DNA from: Candidatus Lindowbacteria bacterium RIFCSPLOWO2_12_FULL_62_27
Lineage (GTDB): Bacteria; Lindowbacteria; 2-12-FULL-62-27
Assembly: GCA_001784175.1 (NCBI GenBank)
Contig: MFPR01000030.1
Coordinates: 1-64,000, forward strand
Direction of reading: 5' to 3'
Length of the DNA: 64,000 nt
The notes under the pieces are model-generated. The model was not told the origin of the DNA, did no database searches, and saw nothing but the letters and a program-made list of their open reading frames with translations. How positions within the stretch are numbered: position 1 is the stretch's first letter; every line of letters starts with the position of its first letter. The translations under genes and the position numbers were made by a program. Shown here in pieces: positions 37,105 through 47,700 of the stretch.

Positions 37105-38436
37105 TTACCTGAAAAAAATCGTGGACTCAAGCCGCCAGCGATCGTTTTCTTCGTACGTCGCCTGTACCCCGCGCGAGCCTTTGCCGGACAGCGCATCGAA
37201 TCCGGCGCGAAGCTCGAGGAGGTCCGTGACGCGCCATGCGTACTCGGCCGTCGCCACCCAGGCGTCGGCGCCCCGGAACGTGTAGGCGCCGCGGACAGTC
37301 CATGATGAGAACTCGGTCAGGTCCCACCGCGACTCGACGAGGACCGACCCCGGGAAGGGTCGCTGGGTCAGATTCTGAATGAGCGGGCCGGGGTCCCTTC
37401 GATACGAGTAGACATGCTCGCCCGCCCATTCGATCGTCAGGTCGAGATCCACGCCGCGATAAATGTCCGTCACCGCGCGCCGGCCGCCCGCGACCACCTG
37501 AAGCACATCGTCATCCGTTCCCGCCGGCGTCGACGTGTACGCCGCTTCCACGTGCGCCTCCCAGCGGCCTTCACCGAGGGTGCGGACAGCGTCGAGTCCT
37601 GCCATGCGTTTTTTCAGAAACAGGGGCCGCACCCACAGCCCGCCCAGCCGTTCGCCGCCCGCAAGATCATCCGTGACGCGCGCGTAGCTGACGGAGACGT
37701 CCCACTCGCTCCATGGCCGCGAAAGTTTTGCGCCGTAATCGGCGTTCGAGAACGCCGTCGCCGGATACACCACGTCGACGCCCACCGCCGGCAGGCCGGC
37801 GTCGGAGACGCCGGCACTTGGAGCGCCAGAGGCGCCGATCCGGCCGCCGTCCAGGAGCGGCCGCCAGCGCGTGTTGGACCGGCCCGCGCGGCTCGGAGAA
37901 TAGAGCGGGCGAAAGATGAGTTCCAAACAGTGATCGGGCTGAGCACGATCGGGATAGACGAACGCCCGCAGCGCAACGATGCCGAGGCGGGCGGGGTCGA
38001 GAAGGTCCGCGTAGTCGAACGCGCCGAACACGTCCGTCGGGTTCATTCCCTCGGCCCTGCCCCATGAGATTTTTTGTTTTCCGATCCGAAGGTCCCATCG
38101 GTCGGCGCGGAAATCCAGATATGCCTCCACCGCGTTCACCGCGGGCCGCCGGACGGCGCGGTCGTGGACCTGGTTGAGATGCGCCGCCGACAGGCTGCGG
38201 TTGTCTCCCCAAATTTCCGCGGACACGAACGCCTCCAAGCCGGGCGAGAGCGGTTTTCGGCCCTCCATATTTAGATGGCCCTCCGCAAGGCCCGATCCAT
38301 CCGACAGAGGGTCGCTGTGAACGTAGGACACAAACCGCCCGACGAGCGAGGTGGGCCGGATCCAGCCCGTGTCGGCGCGCGCCACTGAAAGCCAGCCTGA
38401 GAAGAGGCACAGAGACACAAGGATTCGAACGGTCAT
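37105..38436 (-). CDS. Predicted outer-membrane beta-barrel protein (DUF1302-like)
   Basis: Signal peptide, EAYLD...DLRIGKQKISWG...NPTD, C-terminal aromatic strand. Confidence 0.7.
   Translation of the reverse strand: MTVRILVSLCLFSGWLSVARADTGWIRPTSLVGRFVSYVHSDPLSDGSGLAEGHLNMEGRKPLSPGLEAFVSAEIWGDNRSLSAAHLNQVHDRAVRRPAVNAVEAYLDFRADRWDLRIGKQKISWGRAEGMNPTDVFGAFDYADLLDPARLGIVALRAFVYPDRAQPDHCLELIFRPLYSPSRAGRSNTRWRPLLDGGRIGASGAPSAGVSDAGLPAVGVDVVYPATAFSNADYGAKLSRPWSEWDVSVSYARVTDDLAGGERLGGLWVRPLFLKKRMAGLDAVRTLGEGRWEAHVEAAYTSTPAGTDDDVLQVVAGGRRAVTDIYRGVDLDLTIEWAGEHVYSYRRDPGPLIQNLTQRPFPGSVLVESRWDLTEFSSWTVRGAYTFRGADAWVATAEYAWRVTDLLELRAGFDALSGKGSRGVQATYEENDRWRLESTIFFR
37787..37844. repeat. ~58-bp double-hairpin element, copy 1 (in frame in barrel gene)
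   Basis: GCCGGCGTC(GGA)GACGCCGGC-ACTTGG-AGCGCC(AGA)GGCGC. Confidence 0.85.
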
Positions 38437-38464
38437 CCCGCGATTTTATGCTACGATCGGCGGC

Positions 38465-39625
38465 ATGGGCAAGGTGAGGACGGGCCTCGACCGGGTCGCA
38501 GCCAAAGAGACCGCGGCGGTCCGCGCGATGCGGGGGTTGAAGATCGGGCTTCTTGCGCATCCGGCGTCGGTGGACCGGCGGCTCGCGCATGCGGCGGAGA
38601 TTTTTTCGTCGAGCCGGGCATGGAAGCTGGCCGCGTTGTTTTCGCCCCAGCACGGCTGGCAGGGCGAAGCCCAGGACAACATGATCGTGGCGAAGGACCC
38701 GCCGCGCGTCCACAGCCTGTACGGCGCCGTGCGGGAACCGACGGCGAAGATGCTGGCGGGGATCGACGCGGTGGTGGTGGACCTCCAGGACGTGGGGACG
38801 CGGGTCTACACGTTTGTGCAGACGCTGTATCTGGTGATGCGCGCGTGCGCGCGGCGCGGAAAAAAAGTGATCGTGCTGGACCGGCCCAATCCCATCGGCG
38901 GCGCGGTGGAGGGCCCGACGCTGGATCCGGCGTACGCGTCGTTTGTCGGGCTGACGCCGCTGCCGCTCCGGCACGGGATGACGATCGGCGAGGTGGCGAG
39001 GTGGTATCGGACCATCGACCCCGGGATCATGGAACCGACGGTGATCGGCATGAGGGGCGGGCGACGGGCGATATATTTTGATGACACAGGTCTGCCCTGG
39101 GTCATGCCGTCACCCAACATGCCTGCCGTCGATACCGCCGTTGTCTATCCGGGGACCGTGCTGTTCGAAGGCACCAGCCTCTCGGAGGGTCGCGGGACGA
39201 CGCGGCCGTTTGAAATCATCGGCGCGCCGGGCGTGCCGCCGGACCGGCTGGCTCGGGAACTTGAAAGTTACAGACTTCCGGGCGCGAGATTTCGCGCGCT
39301 GAGGTTTCAGCCCACCTTCAACAAACACGCCGGCAGGATCTGCGGCGGGGTCCAGATTCACGTCACGGACAGGCGCGCGTTCCGGGCCACGCTGACCGGC
39401 GCGGCCATCCTCAAGGCGTTTCGCCGGCTGGACCGGGGATTCCGATGGAAAAAACCGCCGTACGAATACGAGTACCGAAACTATCCGATCGACATTCTGG
39501 CCGGGACCGACCGGCTGCGCCGGATGATCGACGGGGACGCGCCGGTCAGCGCGTTTCGGGAGTGGTTCGAGTCGGACGCGAGAGCATTTCAGGCACGGAG
39601 GCGCGCTGAAGGCTTCGCGGGGTGA
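38465..39625 (+). CDS. namZ: Exo-beta-N-acetylmuramidase NamZ family (DUF1343)
   Basis: FSPQHG, DLQDVGTRVYT, LDRPNP, RHGMTIGE, PSPNMP, SEGRGTTRPFE. Confidence 0.9.
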   Translation: MGKVRTGLDRVAAKETAAVRAMRGLKIGLLAHPASVDRRLAHAAEIFSSSRAWKLAALFSPQHGWQGEAQDNMIVAKDPPRVHSLYGAVREPTAKMLAGIDAVVVDLQDVGTRVYTFVQTLYLVMRACARRGKKVIVLDRPNPIGGAVEGPTLDPAYASFVGLTPLPLRHGMTIGEVARWYRTIDPGIMEPTVIGMRGGRRAIYFDDTGLPWVMPSPNMPAVDTAVVYPGTVLFEGTSLSEGRGTTRPFEIIGAPGVPPDRLARELESYRLPGARFRALRFQPTFNKHAGRICGGVQIHVTDRRAFRATLTGAAILKAFRRLDRGFRWKKPPYEYEYRNYPIDILAGTDRLRRMIDGDAPVSAFREWFESDARAFQARRRAEGFAG

Positions 39626-40424
39626 AGAGGTCCGGCGGGAAGGAGACGTCGAGGCGGCGCGCACGGACCAAGAGGCGGGTCTTGTGGTTGCGCGCGTAAT
39701 TGTCCACGGAAACCTCGTCAGCACGCCAGAGGCTGCCATACCCTTTGACCTGCGAGGCTGACAGGACTTTGATCAGCTTCCCGCCGCCATCGAAATATTC
39801 GGTCTTGAGGATGACGGATCGGTCTGAGTCGACATAGACACGCCGCAGGCCGTATCCGGACCGCCGCCCGGCGGCGGTGTCGGCCGGGACGGCGTCGATG
39901 ACATGCGCCGGGCGGCCGGCGTCGGAGACGCCGGCACTTGAGGCGCCGGAGGCGCTGACCCGGCCGTCTACCACCGTATCGGGCGCCGCGAACCGGTACG
40001 AGAAATGGTCGATGTCCTCCACGGACAAGTCTTCAAAGGTGAGATCGGCGCCGAGGAAGTAGTCCGTCCGGCCGGAGTCGGCGATTCGGCGGATTTTGCC
40101 CACCGCCGGGAGGAACATCCACTGGTCGTCCCAGCCGTCAGCGCGTTCCCTTGAGAGGAGGGCCGACCCGCGGATGTCGGGCGGGTCGTCGAAGAAGATC
40201 AGTGAATCGTCCAGTCCGCCCGCGTTTCGCAGGCGAAATTCCCGCACGAGCCGGCGGCGCTGGAATCCCGATTTGTCGGTCAATACCATCTCGAACGCGA
40301 GCGCCTCGGACGACGCATTCTGATTCGCCTCCAGACGTTCCATCACCTCGCGCGCGGTCAGGGCGTGCGACAGGCCGGGCGGCAGTGCAGAAAAAATCAG
40401 GAGGCATGCGAACCACTTGCTCAT
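39546..40424 (-). CDS. Outer-membrane lipoprotein-sorting protein-like (LolA-like)
   Basis: Signal peptide, F..P.DIRG..LL, DQWMFLPA..KIRRI, FLGADLTFEDL. Confidence 0.8.
   Translation of the reverse strand: MSKWFACLLIFSALPPGLSHALTAREVMERLEANQNASSEALAFEMVLTDKSGFQRRRLVREFRLRNAGGLDDSLIFFDDPPDIRGSALLSRERADGWDDQWMFLPAVGKIRRIADSGRTDYFLGADLTFEDLSVEDIDHFSYRFAAPDTVVDGRVSASGASSAGVSDAGRPAHVIDAVPADTAAGRRSGYGLRRVYVDSDRSVILKTEYFDGGGKLIKVLSASQVKGYGSLWRADEVSVDNYARNHKTRLLVRARRLDVSFPPDLFTPRSLQRASVPEMLSRPTRTTPETR
39907..39964. repeat. ~58-bp double-hairpin element, copy 2 (in frame in LolA-like gene)
   Basis: Same core as 37787, with variant second hairpin GCGCC(GGA)GGCGC. Confidence 0.85.
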
Positions 40425-41092
40425 CCAACAACCAACCGATGCAACTCTTCAATCTCGAGGAGATGGTCTCCACGAAACACACGGATGTTGTCGTAGCCGA
40501 GGTCGTCGATGACGATGAGATCGGGACGATGTCCCACTTCGAGTTTGAAATCGGCCAGCCTCAGGTTTATTGATTGGAAAAAGTCCGTGAGCGCCTGCGT
40601 CACGCGGTCCAGGATGGCGCGGACCGCCGCCAGCTCGCAGGCCGAGATGAGGCCGCGGCCGACCGCATCCGCCTCGGAAATCAGCGGATCGTCCCGCGCG
40701 TCGTCCTTCAACGTCAGTTCCCGTGTGCCGGGGATGGGCGAAAGCCGCGGGACCTCCGGATGGCGGCGGAGATACGATCCGCACGCGAGTTCCCGGGAGA
40801 TGAACTCGATCCGGATGGGTTCGGCCTTGAGCACCATGATGGAATCGTCGGAGAGACGATCCACAAAGTGCGTGTCGATTCGGGCCGCCCGCAGGCGCTC
40901 GAACACGCGGCACGCGATGGCGCAGGCCATCCGGCCCTTGCCCGCCTTCCGGCCGACAATCTCGTTGCCGCCGCTGTCCGGCACGCCGGCGCGGCCGAGA
41001 ATGTTGTCCTTGAATCGAAACCCGAGATGGCCCGAATGGGGCAGACTCAGAACGTCCTTTGTTTTCCCCACATAGAGAACCGGCGGCGACAC
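40421..41092 (-). CDS. purC: SAICAR synthetase
   Basis: YVGKTK, FKD, IEFISR..A.GS, LKDD...DP, DFKLE.G. Confidence 0.88.
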   Translation of the reverse strand: MSPPVLYVGKTKDVLSLPHSGHLGFRFKDNILGRAGVPDSGGNEIVGRKAGKGRMACAIACRVFERLRAARIDTHFVDRLSDDSIMVLKAEPIRIEFISRELACGSYLRRHPEVPRLSPIPGTRELTLKDDARDDPLISEADAVGRGLISACELAAVRAILDRVTQALTDFFQSINLRLADFKLEVGHRPDLIVIDDLGYDNIRVFRGDHLLEIEELHRLVVG

Positions 41093-41105
41093 GGACGTCA
41101 GCCGT

Positions 41106-41148
41106 CCCCGCTCACCGTCCGACAGGGATGTCGGACGCTCAGGCGGGG
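41106..41148. repeat. Intergenic palindrome (REP-like or terminator)
   Basis: CCCCGC...CGTCCGACA(GGGA)TGTCGGACG...GCGGGG. Confidence 0.5.
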
Positions 41149-41154
41149 GCGCCG

Positions 41155-42048
41155 TCAGGGCGTCCGGGGTTTCTTGTTTTCGAGTTTCTTTAGTAATCGT
41201 TCCGTCTCTGCCCGGTAACGTCCGTTGGGATATCGGATCGAGTATTGTCCGATGGCCGCGAGGACCTCGCTGTCGCCGTTTCCGGCCGCCATGGCCACGA
41301 GGCGGTCGAAGTAGGCGAGTTCCGCGACGGCGGCATTCGGATAGTCCTGATACACTTTTTCATATTCCCGGAGCGCGGTCGGGGTGTCGGAGAGGGCGAG
41401 GGCGGATTTGGCGAGGCTGTAGTGCGCGGCCGGCCGGAGCGTCCCGGCCGGGAAGAGGTCGATCAATTTTTCGTAGGCGGCTCGGGCCTCCTTGTGATTC
41501 TTTCCCTCCTGATGCAGGGCGCCAAGATCGTACCATGCCTTTTCGACGACGGGATCGCGTCCGAAGGAGGAAACGATTTTTTGATATTGCGCCAGGGCCT
41601 CCGTCTTCTTCCCGAGTTCGGCAAGGCTGGCGGCGATTTCGTAGGCGGCGGTCCGGTGGAATTCGCTGCGCGGGTAGCGCTTGATCAGCTCCTCGTATAC
41701 CTCAACGGCCTTGGATGGATTTTTCAGATGGTACCGGTAAATCTTGGCAATCTCGTAGAGGCTGTCGGCCGCATAGACGGAGTTGGGACTGAGATTGACG
41801 ACCTCCCGGAATCCCTTGATGGCCTCCTGATACTTGCCGAGGGAGACCTGGTTGGCCGCGACGTTGAACCGCATCTCGTATTCAATATTTTCCAGCCGCG
41901 CGGTCAGGACCTCCACCTGTTTTTCCAGTTGCTTCATCCGCTCGGCGCTGCTCGCGTCCGCGGGGGCGCGCCAGCGGCGCATGGTTTGACAGCCGGACAA
42001 CACCAGGCCACAGGCGGCCAAGAGCGCGATTTTGCCGGGACGGTTCAC
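41155..42048 (-). CDS. TPR lipoprotein (CpoB/BamD-like)
   Basis: GTG 42048, lipobox LSGC, coiled coil, TPRs with YPxS-type turns. Confidence 0.8.
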   Translation of the reverse strand: MNRPGKIALLAACGLVLSGCQTMRRWRAPADASSAERMKQLEKQVEVLTARLENIEYEMRFNVAANQVSLGKYQEAIKGFREVVNLSPNSVYAADSLYEIAKIYRYHLKNPSKAVEVYEELIKRYPRSEFHRTAAYEIAASLAELGKKTEALAQYQKIVSSFGRDPVVEKAWYDLGALHQEGKNHKEARAAYEKLIDLFPAGTLRPAAHYSLAKSALALSDTPTALREYEKVYQDYPNAAVAELAYFDRLVAMAAGNGDSEVLAAIGQYSIRYPNGRYRAETERLLKKLENKKPRTP

Positions 42049-43742
42049 GGCGCAGGCTCCGAGCCGACCGAGACGTGATCGACCATCATCGTGTAGTGCG
42101 CCTCGTCCATCCCGGGAACTTTTTTGAGGTCCGCCACCGATTTGAATGGGCCGATGTTCTGCCGGTACCACAGGACGTTCTGCGCCAGACGCTCGTCCAT
42201 GCCCGGCACGAGGATCAGCACGCCGAGGTCCGCGAGGTTGATGTTCGTGCGGCCGTCCGCGACGCCCGGCAGGGCGGCCTGGGGACGCAGCGAGCTGATT
42301 TCGGCCCGGAGCAGGTCCCGCTCGATCATGAGCTGGCGGATCTGCCGCTGAAGCTGCTGGACGGCGCGGTCCGCCGCGTCGAGCCGGTCCTCCGCGGGAC
42401 CGGCCTCCGCCGGCATACCCCGACCCTCCTGCCGCCGAACGTCCTCCAGCTCCGACCGCGCCATGGCCAGCGTGCGCTGGAGCTCATTGAGCCGGTCATC
42501 GATCGCGAGTCTGGCGGAGCCGGACGGCTGGATCGCGTCCAGCCGGAGTTCATCCGTGGGTGCAGGCGGCGCGCTCGCAGGCTCTTTGCCCTTTTTCTCC
42601 AATTTGTCCTGCGCCTTTTTCAGTGCCGCGTCGACGCGGGGCGTCTCGCGTTTCGCCATCTCATCCATTTTCGCTTCAAGCCCGGCCAGCCGGTCCTTGA
42701 GTTCCTTGTTTTCTTTCCGGAGACGATCCATGTCCGGGGACGGCGCCTCTTCGGGCTTGGCGGCCGGCCGATCGGGCTTTTTCTCAGGCTCGGCCGGAAC
42801 GGCCGCAGGTTTCCTGGGCGGCTCAGCCGGCGCCGGAGGCTGCGCGGACATTTTTGCGATGTAAGACCGCGCGGTCGCGTCGTCGGGGGACAGGGCGAGG
42901 ACGCGGTCGAACGTTTTCCGCGCCTCGGCGGTGTTTCCGCCGAGGAAAAAGGTGATCCCCAGATTGTTCATCGCCAGCGTGTTGTTCCGGTCGATCGCCA
43001 GCGCGCGCTCGAACGCCGACTGCGCGCTCGGAAACCGGTTCAGCTCGCGCAGGACCACGCCGTAATTCACCAGGTAGTCCGGGTCCTCGCGGAGCCTCAC
43101 CGCTTCCTCGAGCTGCGGGAGGGCCTTCACGAAGTCGCGCGTGCGGATGTAAAGGAGGGCCAGATTGTAGCGTGCGTCGGTGAATTTGGGGTCGAGTTCG
43201 ACGGCGCGGAGATACGCGTTTTCGGCCATTTCATATTTGCCCATCCGGTATTCGACCAGCCCGAGGTTGTACCGATGGAACGATTCCGCCGGCTGGCGGA
43301 GCGACAGGTCCATGAACACCTGCTCGGCTTCCTTGAGCTGGCTCGTCGCCACGTACAGCTCTCCGAGCGCGTGGGTCACGCGAAGGTCCGTGCCGGTGTA
43401 GCCGAGCAGGACCGCCATCGCGCCCTCCTCTTTGCCCTGCTCCATCAGCGCGCGAGCGAGCGCCACGACCACGTCCGCGTTCTGCGGGTCCAGCCGGACG
43501 GCCGTTCGGAGCTGCTCCTCGGCCTTGGACCAGTCGCCCTTCGACATGAACTCTTCCGCGCGGGAAAGGTACGATCGAACCGGCGACGGAGCCTCGGATG
43601 ATTTGTCTGAAACCACCGGCAACTCCGCCTGCGGTTTTTTCGCGCCGGTCGACGACTTCAGGCCGGGATGCGCCGGCGGGGAGACGGCGGAGGCCGGAAG
43701 GGACAGGACAAACATAAGAAGGCAAGCCGCCCATCGGATCAT
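42045..43742 (-). CDS. Secreted TPR / coiled-coil / ComEA-type helix-hairpin-helix protein
   Basis: Signal peptide, TPR array, C-terminal NINLA...L..VPG....A..V..YR...GPFKSV.DL.KVPG. Confidence 0.85.
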   Translation of the reverse strand: MIRWAACLLMFVLSLPASAVSPPAHPGLKSSTGAKKPQAELPVVSDKSSEAPSPVRSYLSRAEEFMSKGDWSKAEEQLRTAVRLDPQNADVVVALARALMEQGKEEGAMAVLLGYTGTDLRVTHALGELYVATSQLKEAEQVFMDLSLRQPAESFHRYNLGLVEYRMGKYEMAENAYLRAVELDPKFTDARYNLALLYIRTRDFVKALPQLEEAVRLREDPDYLVNYGVVLRELNRFPSAQSAFERALAIDRNNTLAMNNLGITFFLGGNTAEARKTFDRVLALSPDDATARSYIAKMSAQPPAPAEPPRKPAAVPAEPEKKPDRPAAKPEEAPSPDMDRLRKENKELKDRLAGLEAKMDEMAKRETPRVDAALKKAQDKLEKKGKEPASAPPAPTDELRLDAIQPSGSARLAIDDRLNELQRTLAMARSELEDVRRQEGRGMPAEAGPAEDRLDAADRAVQQLQRQIRQLMIERDLLRAEISSLRPQAALPGVADGRTNINLADLGVLILVPGMDERLAQNVLWYRQNIGPFKSVADLKKVPGMDEAHYTMMVDHVSVGSEPAP

Positions 43743-44692
43743 CTCAGCCGGCCCGCCAGTTCCCCGGTGACGTCGAGGGCGCCGGCCCGCTCGCGGAATT
43801 GTACCGCGGCGTCCGGCTGGCCGATTCTATCGAGCGCCATGGCCATGTGGAGGTTTCGCTCGGCGGTTTCGCGCATCGCGAGAGCGCGCCGGAAATGTTC
43901 GATCGATTCGGCCGGCTGGTCCCGGCGAAGAAGGACATATCCGAGGGTGTCGTAAAGATATTCCACGTAATTTTCAGCGCCGGCGACGCCAAAGGCCCGA
44001 CGCACCAGTTGCTCGGCTTCGCGGGGATCGACGCCGTCCGCAAGGAGCAAGGCCATGTTGTTCAGGATGACGGGATGGTCCGGATATTTGGCGGCGAGGC
44101 CGCGATACTCCCGAATCGCCGAGGTCAGCCGGCCTTTGCGCCGCAGCACTTCGATCTCGTTGATTTCGTCCCACAACCCGCGCGCCGCAGGTCGGACAAC
44201 GCCGGCGGAAAAAAACCTCGAGGCGCCTTTGAGCGGCGCCGTCAAAAGCTGCGGCTTTTCGTAATTTTGCAGGACCCGCTGCGCAAACGCCCGGATCTCG
44301 CCGCCTTCCGGGTCGGGCACCGGCGTCTGCGCGGCGTGGGTCAGCGCGCCCTGGGCGGCAGGCCGGTCCAGCATGGAGGCGGCGAACCCGAATTTGAGCA
44401 TGGCCCGGCTCCGCAGCGGCTCCTCCGCGAGCTTCGCCACGACCCCGAACTGCTCCAGCGCCTCAACGACCCGGCCGGCCGAGAGCCATTCGTCCGCGCG
44501 GTTGAATGTTTCGACAAGCTGCCGGTCAGGCCCGCCGGACAGACGCATCGGCTTTTCCGGCGCCAAGGCCGGCATCTCCGGCAGACCCGCGACAGAGACG
44601 GTGTCGGACGGAAACGCGTTGGTGATGAATAAAAGTAACCCGAAGACGGACGCAGCTCCCACTATATAAATATATCGAATAGTATCGCGCAT
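43739..44692 (-). CDS. Membrane-anchored or secreted TPR protein
   Basis: N-terminal hydrophobic segment; ILNNMA...YDTLGYV TPRs. Confidence 0.75.
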   Translation of the reverse strand: MRDTIRYIYIVGAASVFGLLLFITNAFPSDTVSVAGLPEMPALAPEKPMRLSGGPDRQLVETFNRADEWLSAGRVVEALEQFGVVAKLAEEPLRSRAMLKFGFAASMLDRPAAQGALTHAAQTPVPDPEGGEIRAFAQRVLQNYEKPQLLTAPLKGASRFFSAGVVRPAARGLWDEINEIEVLRRKGRLTSAIREYRGLAAKYPDHPVILNNMALLLADGVDPREAEQLVRRAFGVAGAENYVEYLYDTLGYVLLRRDQPAESIEHFRRALAMRETAERNLHMAMALDRIGQPDAAVQFRERAGALDVTGELAGRLR

Positions 44693-44724
44693 ACTTTAAA
44701 CGATAATTACCGCTCAAGGGAATG

Positions 44725-47700
44725 TCAACGCGCCAGAAGGCGCCGGTAGCGGCCTTCCGCGACCATGAGGTCGAGGATCTGGACGGCCGATTGGATTCGC
44801 GCGAGGCGCAAAGCCAGGTCCGCGCTCACGCCTTTGGACCGGACCGATTCGGCCGCGTCGAAGAAACGCTTCTTGTCGGCTTCCGAAAGAATCCGGTCGA
44901 GGACCGGCAGGGTATCCGGAAGGGACCGAAAGCGTTTCAGTGCTTCGGAAACGTCCGACGTGCCGTACTCCCGGAGGAGCCAGCGTGTGAGATCCGCGAG
45001 TCCCAGCTCGAGAGAATGCCACGCCTGGACGGCGGCCGCGTCGCGGTTGACGCGGGCTCGCACATCGGCGGCCCGAACCAGGGATTCGGCGGCCAGGTAT
45101 GCGCGGACCACTTCCACCGGCGGTTTTCCGGTTTCGTCCGAGAGGCGGAATGCGAAGGTGAGGCCGGCGCGGTTGACGAAGGCGTTGGCGGCGGTCGTGG
45201 CCGTGATGTGGTTCGCGAGGCGCATCCGCTGAAGGCCGACGATCAGGCCGGGGAAATACGCATGGAAGAACGGGCCGAACACCGGATCGGCCGACAGCGC
45301 CTGCTTCCCCGTCCCGGCCTGCTCGAGAATCGCGCGATTGATTGTGATCTTGACGTAGGCCAGAAGGACCGCAAGTTCCGGCCGAACCAGCCCCAGGGAC
45401 TGCCGGGCGCGTTCCGCGAGTTCCTTGTCGGAGGGGATCCATTCGAGGTCGCGGGACAAACCGTCCGCGGAGAGGAGTTCGATTAGGCGCGGATAATATT
45501 GAATTTCCTGCCGGCTGCGCCATTCCTCCAGCGTCAGAATCCGGCTTTGCAGCGCGTTGTCCTCCAAGACCGCCCGGCTGACCGGGCCGGAGAGCCGGCG
45601 CAGGAGGCGGTCGCGCCGCGCGCCGGACACGCCAAGCGTCCGCAATCCGATTTTGAGATTCACCTCGTGATCGGAGAGATCCACGCCGGCGGAATTGTCG
45701 ACCGCATCGGTATTGAGCCGGCGCCCGGTCCGCGCGAACTCGATCCGCGCGGCCTGCGTCAGGCCCCCGTTGCCGCCCTCCCCGATGATCCGGCACCGCA
45801 GGTCCGCGGCGTCGATCCGCACGCGGTCGTTGGCTGGATCGCCGACATCGGCATGTCGTTCGGCCGAGGATTTGACGTAGGCGCCGATGCCGCCATTGTA
45901 GAGAAGATCGACCTTCATTTTGAGAATCGCCCGGATCACCTCTTCTCCGCTCGCCCCACGCGACGGCAACTCCAGCATGCGGGCGGCCTCCGCCGAAAGC
46001 GATATTTTTTTCGCCGACCTCAAATACACGCCGCCGCCCCGGGAAATCGCGGCCGGATCATAATCGGCCCACGTCGATCGCGGCAGGCGAAAGAGCCGCT
46101 CGCGTTCGGCGGCGGCCCGGCGCGCATCGGGCGCGGGATCGAGAAAGATGTACTGGTGATTGAACGCCGCAAGGAGCATGATTTCAATTCCATATCCCCA
46201 GTCCCGCATGCCGTTGCCGAACACGTCGCCGGACATGTCGCCGATGCCCGCGCAGGTGACGCGCGACGGAGCGCCGATCGTTCCCAGGTGGTGCCGAATG
46301 CACTCCCAGACACCGCGCGCGGTGATTCCGAGTTTTTTGTGGTCGTACCCGGATTTTCCGCCGGAGGCGAACGCGTCGCCCAGCCAGTATCCCCGGTCGA
46401 TCGCAATGGCATTTGCGATGTCCGAAAAATCCGCGGTGCCTTTGTCCGCGGCCACCACGAGATAGGGGTCCGGCTCGTCGTAGATGACGCAGCCGGCCGG
46501 AGGCGCCAGCCTGCCGATTTCGTTGTCCGTCAGGTCCAGGAGCGTCTGAATGAAGGACCGGTAGCACCGGACGTGGGTCTCGCGCGCCCGGTCTTTCGGG
46601 ACCGGCGATTTGACCACGAATCCGCCCTTGGCGCCGACCGGCACGATGATGGCGTTTTTGACCATCTGCGTTTTCATGAGGCCAAGGATCTCCGTCCGGA
46701 AATCGTCCCGGCGGTCGGAATGCCGGATTCCGCCGCGCGCGATTCGCCCGCCCCTGAGATGTACGCCTTCAAAGTCGGGATCGCTCACGAAAATCTCGAA
46801 GAGCGGCACCGGCTTGGGCGCCGACAGAAGGCTGCTGCTCCGGATCTTGACGCCCAACGCGCGCCGGGCGGGCGTTTGATAATAATTGGTCCGCACCGTC
46901 GAATGGATGGCGTTGGCCATCAGCCGCAGAATGCGGTCTTCCAGGAGGTCCTCGACGCCTTCCAGGAATTCTTCCATCTGTTTTTCCGCGTCCGACACCC
47001 GCCGGCGCCGTGCTGCGGCGCCGGCCGCTCCGAGCGACGGATCAAACCGCGCTCGAAAGAAGTCCAGCAGGCCGCCGGCCGTTTCCGGATGGCGGACCAG
47101 CGCGCTTTCGATGGAACGCAGGGTGTGTACGGGCACGATCTGGTGGAGGAAATTCCGATAAAGCCTGAGCAGCGCCACGTCTCGTGGACGGAGGCCGGCC
47201 AGGAGAATCAGGGAACACATCGGGTCGCACTCCGCGTCCCGGCGGATCGCGCCGAGGACGCTTTCGCACAGCGGCGCGCCCAGCGTCTGGACCTCCACCG
47301 GCTTGTCGTCTCTCTGCACCCGGAACGTGTGGATGAATGCGAGCGGGCGACCCGCGACGCGGACGGAATTGGAAACCTCGTCGACCACGCGGAATCCGTG
47401 GTCGGTCAAAACCGGCATGATGTCGGACAGCGGGAGTTTCTCGCGAAGATGATAGAGCTTGATCCGCGAGCAGCCCGGGTCGGCCCGGGTGTTGAAGAGA
47501 TCGATCTGCACCGGGTCCTGCGACTCGGTCCGGCCGTGCAACGCCTCGAGCTTCTCGACGTCGTGGACGGCGCCTGCGGGCGTTGTGTGGGAGTGGAACT
47601 CGACGCTGAAGGCGCCGGCATACAGTTGCGCGAGCCGCGTGCCCTCCCTCGATCCCTTGCGCGCCGCCAGCTCCTCCTGCAGCCGGTCGGGCCAGGTCTT

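Noticed and set aside
34064-37285. 1073-aa plus-strand ORF
   Set aside because: Antisense shadow of PhoH2 and purH caused by high-GC codon bias; no motifs.
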